DNA of 64,000 bases from an uncultured Rikenella sp. (GCA_964470815.1 CAYYEH010000004.1:16442-80441), one strand, 5' to 3'; positions 46,243-56,253 are shown, counted from the first letter of the stretch. Numbers and translations: made by a program. The notes: a model not told the origin generated them from the sequence alone.

Positions 46243-46277
46243 AAGAAGGTGCTTGAACAAGTGCCTTCTTTCTTTTT
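46243..46277 (+). terminator. Rho-independent-type terminator
   Basis: 10-bp stem AAGAAGGTGC/GTGCCTTCTT (two G-U pairs), 8-nt loop, followed by TCTTTTT. It lies about 70 nt after the 46171 stop. Confidence 0.55.
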
Positions 46278-46318
46278 ATATCATTGACAATTATCAATTT
46301 TACAATCACAAACCGGAT

Positions 46319-46326
46319 TATCTTTG
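46319..46326 (+). promoter_or_regulatory. -7 promoter box TATCTTTG
   Basis: Matches TAnnTTTG, 47 nt upstream of ATG 46373. Confidence 0.4.
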
Positions 46327-46372
46327 AGCCTTCAATGCCGGCTCCCTCCCAGGGGTAAGGCATTTAACAATT

Positions 46373-48121
46373 ATGGCTATGAAGAAGAAGATAAAATTCA
46401 GCCTGCTGTACCGCGACATGTGGCAGTCATCAGGCAAGTATCAGCCAAGGGTTGAACAGCTTACGGCCGTAGCGCCGCATATAGTGGAGATGGGTTGTTT
46501 TGACCGTATTGAGACAAACGGCGGCGCCTTTGAACAGGTACAGCTTCTCTACGGTGAGAATCCGAACACCGCCGTAAGGGAGTGGCTAAAACCTTTTAAT
46601 CGCGCGGGCATTCAGACACATATGCTTGAACGGTCTCTGAACGGGATAAGAATGTACCCCGTTCCTGCTGATGTAAGGCGGCTGATGTTCAGGGTAAAGA
46701 AGGCCCAGGGAGTGGATATCGCCCGCTCCTTCTGCGGACTGAATGACCACCGTAACCTGGAACTGTCGGTAAAATATGCCCGTGAAGCCGGAATGATATC
46801 GCAGGCAGCCCTTTCAATCACCCACTCACCGGTACATACCGTAGATTATTACATGGGTGTGGTTGACCGTGTTGTGGAGTACGGGGCAGATGAGATATGC
46901 CTTAAGGATATGGCAGGTGTAGGAAGGCCGGCCTCGCTGGGTGAACTTGTCCGCAGGATCAAGAAGAAATACCCCGGTATGATTGTGCAGTATCACGGGC
47001 ACAGCGGACCAGGAATGTCAGTGGCAACGATGCTTGAAGTGGCCAGGGCAGGCGCCGATTACCTCGATGTGGCCATGGAACCGCTCAGTTGGGGCATGGT
47101 ACACCCTGACCTGATTGCCGTCCACGCAGTGATGCAGGATGCCGGGTTTGATGTGCCTGAGATAAATATGGACGCCTACATGAAGGTGAGATCACTCACC
47201 CAGGAATTCATTGACGATTTCCTGGGATACTTCATTGACCCGCGCAACAGGCAGATGACCTCGCTGCTAATAGGGTCAGGGCTCCCCGGCGGAATGATGG
47301 GAAGCATGATGGCTGACCTGAAGGGCGTACACCAGGGCATCAATGCTGCCCTGAAAGCAAAGAATAAACCAGAGATGACTGAGGATGAGCTTGTCGTATC
47401 CCTGTTCAGGGAGGTGGAGCACATCTGGCCGATGATGGGTTACCCGCCACTTGTCACTCCTTTCAGCCAGTATGTCAAGAATGTGGCTCTCATGAATATT
47501 GTATCCCTTGTTAACGGGAAGGAAAGATTTGCCATGATAGACCCCAATACCTGGGACATGCTCCTTGGAAAGGCAGGCACACTGCCAGGCCCCCTGGCAC
47601 AGGAACTGATCGACCTTGCCCGCCGGGAAGGGAAGGAGTTCTATGAGGGTAATCCGCAGGACAATTATCCTGATGCGCTTGACGGTTACCGCAAGGAAAT
47701 GGAGGAGAACGGCTGGCCGGCCGGACCTGATGAGGAAGAGCTCTTTGAGCTGGCCATGCATGACAGGCAGTATCGCGATTACAAATCAGGGGTGGCAAAA
47801 AAACGGTTCCTGAAGGAGATAGAGGAGAAACAGGCAGAAATGTCATCAGGAACACCTGCAAAGGTTGCTCCGAGGAAGCTGCTTACCTCACCTGAAGAGG
47901 GAATTGCGCTGCTCTATTCAGGTGCCACCTCAACCTTCTGGCCTGATGAGGAACTGCTCAATGTGGGTGATGAAGTAAAGAAGGGAGAGATACTGATGTA
48001 CCTGATGATTGGAAAAACCTTCAGGGAGATACTGTCTGACCGCGACGGAACCGTAAGGCATATACTGGTAAAAAGCGGAGATAAAATACGAAAGGGAGAT
48101 CCCCTTATTGAGTTTAGTTGA
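46373..48121 (+). CDS. Divergent carboxyltransferase (OadA/PycB 5S-like) with C-terminal biotinyl/lipoyl-type domain
   Basis: 582 aa. Carboxyltransferase metal-site equivalents LYRDMWQS (canonical LRDxHQS), ICLKDMAGVG (KDMAG) and YHGHSGPG (HxH). The C-terminal hammerhead domain GDEVKKGEILMYLMIGKTFREILSDRDGTV carries MIGKT where EAMKM is expected. Confidence 0.7.
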   Translation: MAMKKKIKFSLLYRDMWQSSGKYQPRVEQLTAVAPHIVEMGCFDRIETNGGAFEQVQLLYGENPNTAVREWLKPFNRAGIQTHMLERSLNGIRMYPVPADVRRLMFRVKKAQGVDIARSFCGLNDHRNLELSVKYAREAGMISQAALSITHSPVHTVDYYMGVVDRVVEYGADEICLKDMAGVGRPASLGELVRRIKKKYPGMIVQYHGHSGPGMSVATMLEVARAGADYLDVAMEPLSWGMVHPDLIAVHAVMQDAGFDVPEINMDAYMKVRSLTQEFIDDFLGYFIDPRNRQMTSLLIGSGLPGGMMGSMMADLKGVHQGINAALKAKNKPEMTEDELVVSLFREVEHIWPMMGYPPLVTPFSQYVKNVALMNIVSLVNGKERFAMIDPNTWDMLLGKAGTLPGPLAQELIDLARREGKEFYEGNPQDNYPDALDGYRKEMEENGWPAGPDEEELFELAMHDRQYRDYKSGVAKKRFLKEIEEKQAEMSSGTPAKVAPRKLLTSPEEGIALLYSGATSTFWPDEELLNVGDEVKKGEILMYLMIGKTFREILSDRDGTVRHILVKSGDKIRKGDPLIEFS

Positions 48122-48228
48122 ACAGTTTCAGCCTCCCATGCTGCAAAACAGGCGAAATGAGAACTGTCACTTTGTTATTTAATCCATTAATACATATTTT
48201 AGCCATTCAAACCCAAACAGCAACCGAC

Positions 48229-50322
48229 ATGAAAAAATGCCTTATTATGCTTTTAATTGCATCACTCGGGGTTATCTCCTGCAGGAAGGAGAACTGCGAG
48301 AATCCTTTTTACTGTGACTGGGACACACCATTTGAGGTACCCCCGTTTGACCAGATAAAATTCGAACATTTCAAACCGGCCTTCCTGAAAGGGATGGAAG
48401 AGGAGATGGCAGAAGTCAACGCCATCATCAACAATACTGACGAGCCCACCTTTGACAATACCATCAGGGCCATGCAATTCACCGGCAAGCTGCTTGAAAA
48501 AGCGCAGCGTGCGTTTGGCCCGCTTTCAGGCGCCAATACCAATGATTCAATCCAGGCGCTGTCGAGGGAAATGTCGCCTCTCTTTTCTAAACACAGGGAT
48601 GACATCTCTCTCAATGAGAAACTCTTCGAAAGGATTAAATCGGTTTATGAAAACCGTGATAAATTCGACCTCACTGCCGAGGAGAGCAAACTGCTTGAAG
48701 ACCAGTACCTGGGATTCATCCGCAACGGGATAGGGCTTTCACCGGAGGACAAGGATAAACTTCGCAAGCTCAACAGTGAGCTCTCCCTCCTGGGTGTAAA
48801 ATTCGGAGAGAACCTCCTTGCTGAGACCAATGGTTTTACGCTGGTAATCGACAATGAGGCTGATCTCTCAGGACTTCCCGAAGGACTCAGGGCACAGGCT
48901 GCCGATGCAGCGAAGGCAAAGGGTATGGAAGGCAAATGGCTCTTCACCCTTCAGGCTCCCAGTTACTTCCCCTTTATGACCTACGCTGACAACAGGGCTC
49001 TGAGAGAGAAGATGTTCAGGGGATACTCTATGCGCGGCAATAACGGAAATGAGCGTGACAACAACCAGATCCTGGCCGATATAATCAGGCTTCGCGTTGA
49101 AAAAGCCAGGCTGCTCGGCTACGAAAGCCATGCCGACTATGTGCTCGAGCGGAATATGGCCAAGGAACCGGAAACGGTCCTGAACTTCCTGGCACAGATA
49201 TGGGAGGCAGCACTACCGGTGGCAAAGGCTGAGGCTTCAGCACAGCAGGAGCTCATTGACAGGGAAGGCGGAAAGTTCAAACTGGAGCCGTGGGACTGGT
49301 TCTACTACACCGAGAAGATACGCAAGGAGAAGTATGACCTGAGTGACGAGGAAACGAAACCCTATTTCTCAGCCAAAAACGTCACTGACGGAATGTTTTA
49401 TGTAGCCAACAAACTTTATGGGCTGGAGTTCAGCGAGCGTAATGACATACCTCTGTACCATCCGGATGTCAAAACCTTTGAGGTGAAGCGTGACAAAAAG
49501 CATGTTGGTATTCTCATGATAGACTACCATCCGAGGGCATCGAAGCGCGGCGGAGCATGGTGCAGCGCCATGAGGTCACAGCGGCTTGACGAGAAGGGCA
49601 AATTCGTGACGCCGCTCGTGAGCATGGTGACCAACTTCACTCCTCCCTCAGGCGACACACCTTCACTTCTCACGCCTGACGAGGCCAGCACCCTCTTCCA
49701 TGAGTTTGGTCATGCACTCCATAGTCTCCTTTCAAATACTGAGTATACAAGCGGCACCTCCCGCGATTTCGTGGAGCTGCCATCACAGATTATGGAGCAC
49801 TGGGTATTTGAGCCGGAAGTATTGAAGGTATATGCCAAACACTACCAGACGGGGGAAATCATTCCTGATGCTCTCATCGAAAAAATAGAAAAGGCAGGCA
49901 AATTCAACCAGGGATTCACTACCATTGAGTACCTGGCAGCCTCCTCACTCGATATGGAGTACCACTCCCTGACCGAGCCGGTTGAGCTCAATATCGGAGA
50001 GTTTGAAAAGACAGCCATGGATAAGTATGGGCTTATCAGTGAGATCATTCCAAGATACAGGTCTACATACTTCAATCACATAATAGGCGGTTATTCAGCA
50101 GGTTACTACAGCTACATCTGGTGTGAGCAGCTTGATGCCGATGCATTCAAAGCCTTCAAGGAGACGGGAGACATCTTCAACAGGGAGGTGGCAGCACGTT
50201 TTGAGAAGGAGATCCTGGCCAGAAAGGGGTCAAAGGATGAGCTTGAGATGTGGGTGGCATTCAGGGGCCGCGAGCCGGGTATTGAGGCTCTTCTTGAAAA
50301 CAGGGGTTTTATAAACCAGTAG
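48229..50322 (+). CDS. dcp: M3-family peptidyl-dipeptidase (Dcp-like) lipoprotein
   Basis: Translation from ATG 48229 reads MKKCLIMLLIASLGVISC (lipobox). Zinc motif FHEFGHALH and M3 length. The 37 residues upstream in the ORF track overlap the preceding gene end and are unlikely to be translated. Confidence 0.85.
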   Translation: MKKCLIMLLIASLGVISCRKENCENPFYCDWDTPFEVPPFDQIKFEHFKPAFLKGMEEEMAEVNAIINNTDEPTFDNTIRAMQFTGKLLEKAQRAFGPLSGANTNDSIQALSREMSPLFSKHRDDISLNEKLFERIKSVYENRDKFDLTAEESKLLEDQYLGFIRNGIGLSPEDKDKLRKLNSELSLLGVKFGENLLAETNGFTLVIDNEADLSGLPEGLRAQAADAAKAKGMEGKWLFTLQAPSYFPFMTYADNRALREKMFRGYSMRGNNGNERDNNQILADIIRLRVEKARLLGYESHADYVLERNMAKEPETVLNFLAQIWEAALPVAKAEASAQQELIDREGGKFKLEPWDWFYYTEKIRKEKYDLSDEETKPYFSAKNVTDGMFYVANKLYGLEFSERNDIPLYHPDVKTFEVKRDKKHVGILMIDYHPRASKRGGAWCSAMRSQRLDEKGKFVTPLVSMVTNFTPPSGDTPSLLTPDEASTLFHEFGHALHSLLSNTEYTSGTSRDFVELPSQIMEHWVFEPEVLKVYAKHYQTGEIIPDALIEKIEKAGKFNQGFTTIEYLAASSLDMEYHSLTEPVELNIGEFEKTAMDKYGLISEIIPRYRSTYFNHIIGGYSAGYYSYIWCEQLDADAFKAFKETGDIFNREVAARFEKEILARKGSKDELEMWVAFRGREPGIEALLENRGFINQ

Positions 50323-50325
50323 CCG

Positions 50326-52422
50326 ATGTTCAGCAGGATGGGTGTGCCGGGCAGAGCTTGCCTCAGCCTGCTCCTTCTCCTGATCCTGTCAGGAAGTGCC
50401 AGCGGCACCTCCGGCAGGGTGGAGAAGGGTGTGCTTGATCTCAGGCACATACAGCAGGGCGATGAATTCACCGTCAGGATGAACGGTGAGTGGGAGTTCT
50501 ACTTCGGCACATTCATCTATGGCATCCCGGGAAAAATCTGCGATACCCTCACTCCCGGCTGTTACGGGAAAGTACCGGGATACTGGAGCGATTATGTTGT
50601 TGACGGACACCGTCTCCCCCGGTTCGGTTACGGCACCTACAGGACATTGATCCTGCTACCATCGGGATACCGTGACAGGATGGGTTTTGATATGCCTGTC
50701 TTCGATACTTCATATGAGATCAGCGTCAACGGTGTAACGATGGCAAGGAATGGTACTCCCGGACGCAGCAGGGCAGAATCTATCCCTGCATACGAGCCGC
50801 TCTTCTTCAGCTATGTGCCGAAGAGTGACACCCTGGAACTGCTGATCAGGGTCTCCAACCATGAGCACCGGAGGGGAGGTTTCTGGATGCCGATGAAGGC
50901 TGGTACCTTCCATACTATTCAGACCAACTTCACCAATCAATGGTTCATCTCCATCGCAGCATCAGGGATGCTCTTCGCATCATTCCTGTTCTTCTTCATC
51001 TTCTACATGCTCGACAGAAGAGACAGGAAGCTGCTGATGTTTTCAATACTGGTTCTTTGTCTTGCCCTTCGCCCCTTCCTCTCCGCTCCTTACCTGGTCT
51101 CAATCATTGATATGAGAGCCTGGCATCTTATAATCAGGGGTGAATACCTTATCCTCTGGTTCATGATTACTTCGGGGGCGTGGCTGGCCTGCCTGATCTA
51201 TCCGACAAGGTGGTTCAAAGGCTTTGCTATTGCCGTTGACATATTGTTTATTATCGGGATTGCTTCCATCATACTGCTTCCTGTTTACCTCTTCACCTGG
51301 ATGGTATACGTAATTCAGGCTGTAGCCCTGACAGCCATTCTGTACGCGGTAGTCATGAGCATGAGAGGGGCAATAAAAGGGATAAGGACTGATATTCTCT
51401 ACCTGGTGGCCTTCCTGGCAATCATCGTCGGGGTCATTTCTGACATTCTTCTCGCCAATGCCATGGAAGAGAACCAGCATCTGTACATCCTTTCCTTCCT
51501 CATGCTGGTTTTTGTGCTGATCCAGGCAACGATGCTGATACGTGACTGGGTAAGGCGCGGCAAGGAACGTGAGAAGCTTGCCGTTCAGCTTGAGGAGCTG
51601 AACCGCAGCCTCGAGAGCAGGGTTAAGGAACGGACCAGGGAACTTATGGAAAGAACCGACGAGCTTAACGCCCGTAATGTGCAGATTGCCCTCCAGAATA
51701 AAAAACTCTCTGAAACCATCAGCCTGAAAAACAAGGTCTTCTCGGTTATATCACATGACCTCCGCAGCCCGGTGGTCAATATACTCTATACACTCTACAT
51801 GCTTAAGGAGGAGGAGTTCCGTGACAGGACGGAATCACTCGCTGACTCATGCATCCAGTACTCACAGCAGCTTATCAGTCTCCTTGAAAACATGCTTGTC
51901 TGGGGCAAAGGGCAGGAAGACATGATCAGGTATGCCCCGGCAGAAAATGACCTTGCCGAAATCATCCTTACAAACATAAGTATCCTGAAAGATGGAGCCG
52001 ACAGAAAAAACATCTCCATCAACTTCACACAGGTGGGAAGATCAAAAGGGTGGTTTGACCGCGACCTGGTAGACATCGTCATCCGCAACCTCCTGTCAAA
52101 TGCTATCAAGTACACAAATCACGGTGGACGGGTAACCATCCATGTGAAGGAAAAGGAGGAGTCATCTGACTGGGTGGCCATCAGGATATGTGACAACGGT
52201 GTCGGCATCTCCCCCGAGCGCCAGAATAGACTCTTTACAGGCCAGGAGATTGAGTCCACACAGGGAACCGATTCCGAAAAGGGAACAGGAATCGGCCTGA
52301 GGCTTGTCCATGAACTTGTGACGCTGAGCAAAGGGACTATAACCGTTGAGAGCACCCCGGGAGAAGGGAGCTGCTTCACAGTGATCCTTCCCGGTCCGGA
52401 TCAGGCAGGCAGACTCAGGTAG
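50326..52422 (+). CDS. 7TMR-DISM sensor histidine kinase (extracellular DISMED2-like domain + 7 TM + HisKA + HATPase_c)
   Basis: 698 aa. Signal peptide, about 170-aa periplasmic domain, seven hydrophobic helices, a coiled coil, H-box FSVISHDLRSPV and ATPase boxes LLSNAIKYT, DNGVGI and GTGIGLRLV. Confidence 0.85.
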   Translation: MFSRMGVPGRACLSLLLLLILSGSASGTSGRVEKGVLDLRHIQQGDEFTVRMNGEWEFYFGTFIYGIPGKICDTLTPGCYGKVPGYWSDYVVDGHRLPRFGYGTYRTLILLPSGYRDRMGFDMPVFDTSYEISVNGVTMARNGTPGRSRAESIPAYEPLFFSYVPKSDTLELLIRVSNHEHRRGGFWMPMKAGTFHTIQTNFTNQWFISIAASGMLFASFLFFFIFYMLDRRDRKLLMFSILVLCLALRPFLSAPYLVSIIDMRAWHLIIRGEYLILWFMITSGAWLACLIYPTRWFKGFAIAVDILFIIGIASIILLPVYLFTWMVYVIQAVALTAILYAVVMSMRGAIKGIRTDILYLVAFLAIIVGVISDILLANAMEENQHLYILSFLMLVFVLIQATMLIRDWVRRGKEREKLAVQLEELNRSLESRVKERTRELMERTDELNARNVQIALQNKKLSETISLKNKVFSVISHDLRSPVVNILYTLYMLKEEEFRDRTESLADSCIQYSQQLISLLENMLVWGKGQEDMIRYAPAENDLAEIILTNISILKDGADRKNISINFTQVGRSKGWFDRDLVDIVIRNLLSNAIKYTNHGGRVTIHVKEKEESSDWVAIRICDNGVGISPERQNRLFTGQEIESTQGTDSEKGTGIGLRLVHELVTLSKGTITVESTPGEGSCFTVILPGPDQAGRLR

Positions 52423-52446
52423 AAGGGGACATCCCTTCCAGATACT

Positions 52447-53118
52447 TCAACCTGCCGTGAGTTTCGAGAGACCTTTCAGATTCAGAAGCTTTATCTCCCT
52501 CCGGTTGACAGAGATCAGTCCCTCCTGCTCCATTTCTCCTATCGCCCTGGCCAGTGATGGCCGGGTGACTCCGAAATACTCTGACAACTCCTGCTGTGAC
52601 CGGTCAACCAGAACCTTTCCCGATGAGGCGCCGGGCAGTGATGATAGATAATGGGCAAATTTGCCCTTGATGGTATGGAAAGAATGAAACCTGAGCCGGC
52701 CTGAAAGAAACTGTGCCTTGCTGCAGATAAATGTCAGGTAGTTGGAGAGCAGTCTTTTGTCCCCCGCCATCAGGGACAGGTAAGCATGCCTGTTGATGAT
52801 CAGCAGTTCCGAATCAATGTTGGCAATGACATTTACAGGGTATTTTGCCCCAGCGCCGAAAAGCACTGCAGCTGCCAGCGCATGAGGAGGATTTATGTCC
52901 TCTATCTTCATCGTGCGCCCTGACAGGTCTGTCATTTCTCCCCTGACACTTCCCGAAAGCACTATCATGAGTGAAGAAATTTCCTCTCCGGCAAGGGCCG
53001 CTACAGAGCCTGCATGAAAAAACCTCACCCTGTAATTGACCGCATCAAGCATTTTTTCTATCTCAGTCTCACTGAGTCCTCTGAACAGAGGAGAATTAAT
53101 AAGTACCGGAAACTTCAT
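52447..53118 (-). CDS. hcpR: Crp/Fnr-family regulator, HcpR-like
   Basis: 223 aa with a cNMP-binding-like fold and C-terminal HTH (SQQELSEYFGVTRPSLARAIGEMEQEGLI). It is divergent from the frdX-like/hcp operon, which carries a matching palindrome. Confidence 0.7.
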   Translation of the reverse strand: MKFPVLINSPLFRGLSETEIEKMLDAVNYRVRFFHAGSVAALAGEEISSLMIVLSGSVRGEMTDLSGRTMKIEDINPPHALAAAVLFGAGAKYPVNVIANIDSELLIINRHAYLSLMAGDKRLLSNYLTFICSKAQFLSGRLRFHSFHTIKGKFAHYLSSLPGASSGKVLVDRSQQELSEYFGVTRPSLARAIGEMEQEGLISVNRREIKLLNLKGLSKLTAG

Positions 53119-53267
53119 TCTCTATGCAATTCTTCGTTTGTATCCCTTATTCGTTAATAAACCCTTACTCTGTTGTTCAGGTAATAACCGCACCTGGTTT
53201 TCTGATTTATGCCCTGCCCCGGTTTCTGACCGCTAAGGCTTCATAAAAATAAAAATAAATCGTATAT

Positions 53268-53283
53268 TGTAACATATGTTACA
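53268..53283. promoter_or_regulatory. Candidate HcpR operator: perfect palindrome TGTAACATATGTTACA
   Basis: 16/16 self-complementary. It contains GTAAC-N4-GTTAC, the HcpR motif type I recall from comparative genomics of Clostridia, Bacteroidetes and Thermotogae. Its centre lies about 30 nt upstream of the -7 box, close to -41.5 relative to the inferred TSS. Confidence 0.7.
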
Positions 53284-53304
53284 GACCATCTCCGGCCTGG
53301 CAGG

Positions 53305-53312
53305 TAAATTTG
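53305..53312 (+). promoter_or_regulatory. -7 promoter box TAAATTTG
   Basis: Matches TAnnTTTG, 24 nt upstream of ATG 53336. Confidence 0.5.
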
Positions 53313-53335
53313 CATTGTAAATAACAGAAAAAACA

Positions 53336-54265
53336 ATGCAGAGAGACATAATAAAAATAGATGAGGAAAAGTGCAATGGTTGCGGGCTGTGTGTTCCCAA
53401 CTGCCACGAAGGGGCCCTGCAGGTGATTGACGGGAAGGTCAGGCTGGTATCAGAGCTTATGTGTGACGGACTGGGGGCCTGCATCGGTCATTGCCCCGAA
53501 GGTGCAATCACCATTGAGAAGCGTGAGGCTGAGCCCTATGATGAGATTGCGGTGATCAGTGAAATGGTAAAGAAGGGCGCCAACACTGTAATTGCACACC
53601 TGAAACACCTTAAGGATCACCATGAGTACGGTTACCTGGAAGAGGGTACCACCTGGCTTGAGGTTCACCGCAGTGAGTTGAAATTTGACCTGTCGGAGGT
53701 TCTGTCTGCGGTGAATGGCAGCAACAACCCGGGTAAGAAAGGTGAGCCGGGTCGTAGCCAGGGTCATCAGCTTCAGCATCAGCATCAGCATCAGCATCAT
53801 CATCACGGTGGCGGTTGTCCAGGCAGCGCTGAGAGAGTTATTGCTCCTGCACCTTTCTTTGCCGCTGAAAGTTCTGAAGCTCCTTCACAACTGACCCACT
53901 GGCCTGTGCAGATGCATCTTATCAACCCAAACTCCCCGGTTTACAGGGGTGCGGACCTCCTCCTTGCCGCAGACTGTGTGGCATTTTCACTGGGCTCGTT
54001 CCACAGCCGTTTCCTGAAGGGAAAGGCGCTGGCAATAGCATGTCCCAAGCTTGACCATGGCACCGAAACCTATGTTGACAAATTATCCATCATGATTGAT
54101 ACCGCAAAAGTCAATACCATCACCGTGATGATGATGGAGGTGCCCTGCTGCGGAGGACTGGTTCATATGGTTCGTACCGCATTGGCAAGGTCTGCAAGGA
54201 AGGTCCCCGTAAAGACAATCCTCGTAAGCATCGACGGGAAGGTATTACAGGAAGAATGGATATGA
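53336..54265 (+). CDS. 2x[4Fe-4S] ferredoxin-domain protein with His/Gln-rich linker and Cys-containing C-terminal domain (FrdX-like Hcp partner)
   Basis: 309 aa. Cluster motifs [14 protein letters not shown] and [14 protein letters not shown], the linker [19 protein letters not shown], and a C-terminal domain with AADCVAF, IACPKLD and EVPCCGG. Confidence 0.7.
   Translation: MQRDIIKIDEEKCNGCGLCVPNCHEGALQVIDGKVRLVSELMCDGLGACIGHCPEGAITIEKREAEPYDEIAVISEMVKKGANTVIAHLKHLKDHHEYGYLEEGTTWLEVHRSELKFDLSEVLSAVNGSNNPGKKGEPGRSQGHQLQHQHQHQHHHHGGGCPGSAERVIAPAPFFAAESSEAPSQLTHWPVQMHLINPNSPVYRGADLLLAADCVAFSLGSFHSRFLKGKALAIACPKLDHGTETYVDKLSIMIDTAKVNTITVMMMEVPCCGGLVHMVRTALARSARKVPVKTILVSIDGKVLQEEWI
53764..53806 (+). 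repeat. Coding microsatellite (CAGCAT)4 + CATCATCAC encoding [14 protein letters not shown]
   Basis: Read directly: catcagcttcagcatcagcatcagcatcagcatcatcatcac. Confidence 0.9.
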
Positions 54266-54308
54266 ATTACACGATGAACTTATAATACAAACAAAAAAAA
54301 TCAAAGAA

Positions 54309-55955
54309 ATGAGTATGTTTTGTTACCAGTGCCAGGAGACGGCAAAAGGAACCGGGTGCGTCATAAAGGGCGTATGCGGCAAGGATGAGAATGTAGCCGG
54401 GATGCAGGACATGCTGGTATGGATTGCCAAGGGGATTTCGATCCTCGGAACCATAGCCAGGCAGAACCGCTATTCAAACGCAAAGGTTGACCGTTTTGTG
54501 CAGGAGGCTCTTTTTACCACAATCACAAACGCCAACTTCGACAATGCAAAGATTATCGCGAAAATCCATGAAGGCATTGCTCTCAGGGATAAGTTTGCAG
54601 ATGAAATCAGGACTCATGGCATTACCATTCCGGGTAACCTTCACGAAAGCGTTCAGTGGAAGCCGGCAAATGAATCTGACCTGGCATTAAAAGCAGCGAC
54701 TGTGGGTGTTCTGTCAACTGATAATGAGGATATCAGGTCACTGCGCGAGCTTACGGTTTACGGCGTAAAGGGAATGGCTGCATATGCCGAGCATGCCGGA
54801 AACCTCGGATTCAACAGTGATACCGTCGATGCCTTCATTCAGAGGGCCCTTGCTGCAACAACAGATGACTCCCTCAGTGCTGATGAGCTTGTTGCCCTGG
54901 TCCTGGAGACCGGCAAGCACGGAGTTGAGGTTATGGCACTCCTTGACAGGGCCAACACAACCACCTACGGTAATCCTGAGATGACCGAGGTATTCATTGG
55001 AGTGAGGAACAACCCGGCCATCCTTATCAGCGGCCATGACATGAGGGACATGGAAGACCTTCTTCGCCAGACAGAGGGAACGGGTGTTGACGTCTACACT
55101 CACAGTGAGATGCTCCCGGCCAATTACTACCCTGCATTCAAGAAGTACGCTCATTTTGTTGGCAATTACGGCAACTCATGGTGGAAACAGACAACCGAGT
55201 TTGAGACCTTCAACGGCCCGATACTCTTCACAACCAACTGCATTGTTCCGCTTCGTGACAGTTACCGCGACCGGGTTTATACCACCGGTTCGTCAGGTTA
55301 TCCGGGTTGCCCCCATATCCCTGACCGGGAACCGGGCAGGGAGAAGGATTTCTCAGCCATCATTGAGCATGCAAGGAGATGTGCCTCCCCGGTGGCAATA
55401 GAGGAAGGGACGATCATCGGCGGGTTCGCCCACAACCAGGTGGTTCAGCTGGCCGATAAGGTAGTGGAGGCAGTAAAAAGCGGAGCCATAAGAAAATTCT
55501 TCGTGATGGGCGGCTGCGACGGACGTGTAAAGAGCCGCAGCTACTACACCGAGTTTGCCGAGAAACTGCCCAAGGACACCGTAATCCTCACCGCAGGTTG
55601 CGCCAAGTACCGCTATAACAAGCTGAAACTAGGAGATATAAACGGTATCCCGCGCATCCTCGATGCCGGCCAGTGCAATGACTCTTACTCACTGGCAGTG
55701 ATAGCACTGACTCTGAAGGATATCTTCGGCAAGAACGATATTAATGAGCTTCCCATAGCCTACAACATCGCATGGTATGAGCAGAAGGCCGTAATAGTCC
55801 TCCTTGCCCTCCTCTATCTTGGAGTGAAGAACATCCACCTCGGGCCGACACTCCCGGGATTCCTCTCAGCCAATGTGGCCGGCGTGCTTGTGGAAAAATT
55901 CGGAATTACCGGCATAACAACACCCGATGAGGATATGAAGATACTGCTCAATTAA
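54309..55955 (+). CDS. hcp: Hybrid cluster protein / hydroxylamine reductase Hcp
   Basis: 548 aa. N-terminal motif [23 protein letters not shown], with Hcp-typical length and internal Cys/His/Glu motifs ([29 protein letters not shown]). Confidence 0.93.
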   Translation: MSMFCYQCQETAKGTGCVIKGVCGKDENVAGMQDMLVWIAKGISILGTIARQNRYSNAKVDRFVQEALFTTITNANFDNAKIIAKIHEGIALRDKFADEIRTHGITIPGNLHESVQWKPANESDLALKAATVGVLSTDNEDIRSLRELTVYGVKGMAAYAEHAGNLGFNSDTVDAFIQRALAATTDDSLSADELVALVLETGKHGVEVMALLDRANTTTYGNPEMTEVFIGVRNNPAILISGHDMRDMEDLLRQTEGTGVDVYTHSEMLPANYYPAFKKYAHFVGNYGNSWWKQTTEFETFNGPILFTTNCIVPLRDSYRDRVYTTGSSGYPGCPHIPDREPGREKDFSAIIEHARRCASPVAIEEGTIIGGFAHNQVVQLADKVVEAVKSGAIRKFFVMGGCDGRVKSRSYYTEFAEKLPKDTVILTAGCAKYRYNKLKLGDINGIPRILDAGQCNDSYSLAVIALTLKDIFGKNDINELPIAYNIAWYEQKAVIVLLALLYLGVKNIHLGPTLPGFLSANVAGVLVEKFGITGITTPDEDMKILLN

Positions 55956-56014
55956 AAGAACATATTGATTAACCGGCCTGCCTTGTATCGGAAAAAAGGC
56001 GTTGCCGGTATATT

Positions 56015-56056
56015 GAAAAGATCGTTCCACATCACGGGGCGATCTTTTCATTTTTC
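56015..56056 (+). terminator. Rho-independent-type terminator after hcp
   Basis: Perfect 10-bp stem GAAAAGATCG/CGATCTTTTC with a 15-nt loop, followed by ATTTTTC. It lies about 60 nt after the hcp stop. Confidence 0.6.
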
Positions 56057-56253
56057 TGCAGCACGACAGATTTGTGGCAACGGAAGCCTCCGGTGAATCA
56101 GTAAGAATACTCCTCCCCCGGAAATTTATCGCGGAACGGCTATGATATTATGTGATATTTGTGCACATTAAGAATATCAATGTGCAAAAATCACTAAATT
56201 GGTATTATCAATTTTAGCCGGAATAGTTCTTTAATTTTCATATCAATGTAACC

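Noticed and set aside
53764-53806. Possible CRISPR-like or intergenic tandem repeat
   Set aside because: It is a short in-frame hexanucleotide microsatellite inside a CDS. I saw no repeat-spacer architecture anywhere in the window.
56141-56200. Repeated TGTGCA motifs (TTGTGCACATTAAGAATATCAATGTGCAAAAA) upstream of the 1415-aa gene as a regulator binding site
   Set aside because: TGTGCACA is an 8-bp palindrome and a partial copy follows 17 nt later. I cannot tie this to any regulator family or to a promoter box, so the evidence is insufficient to call a site.
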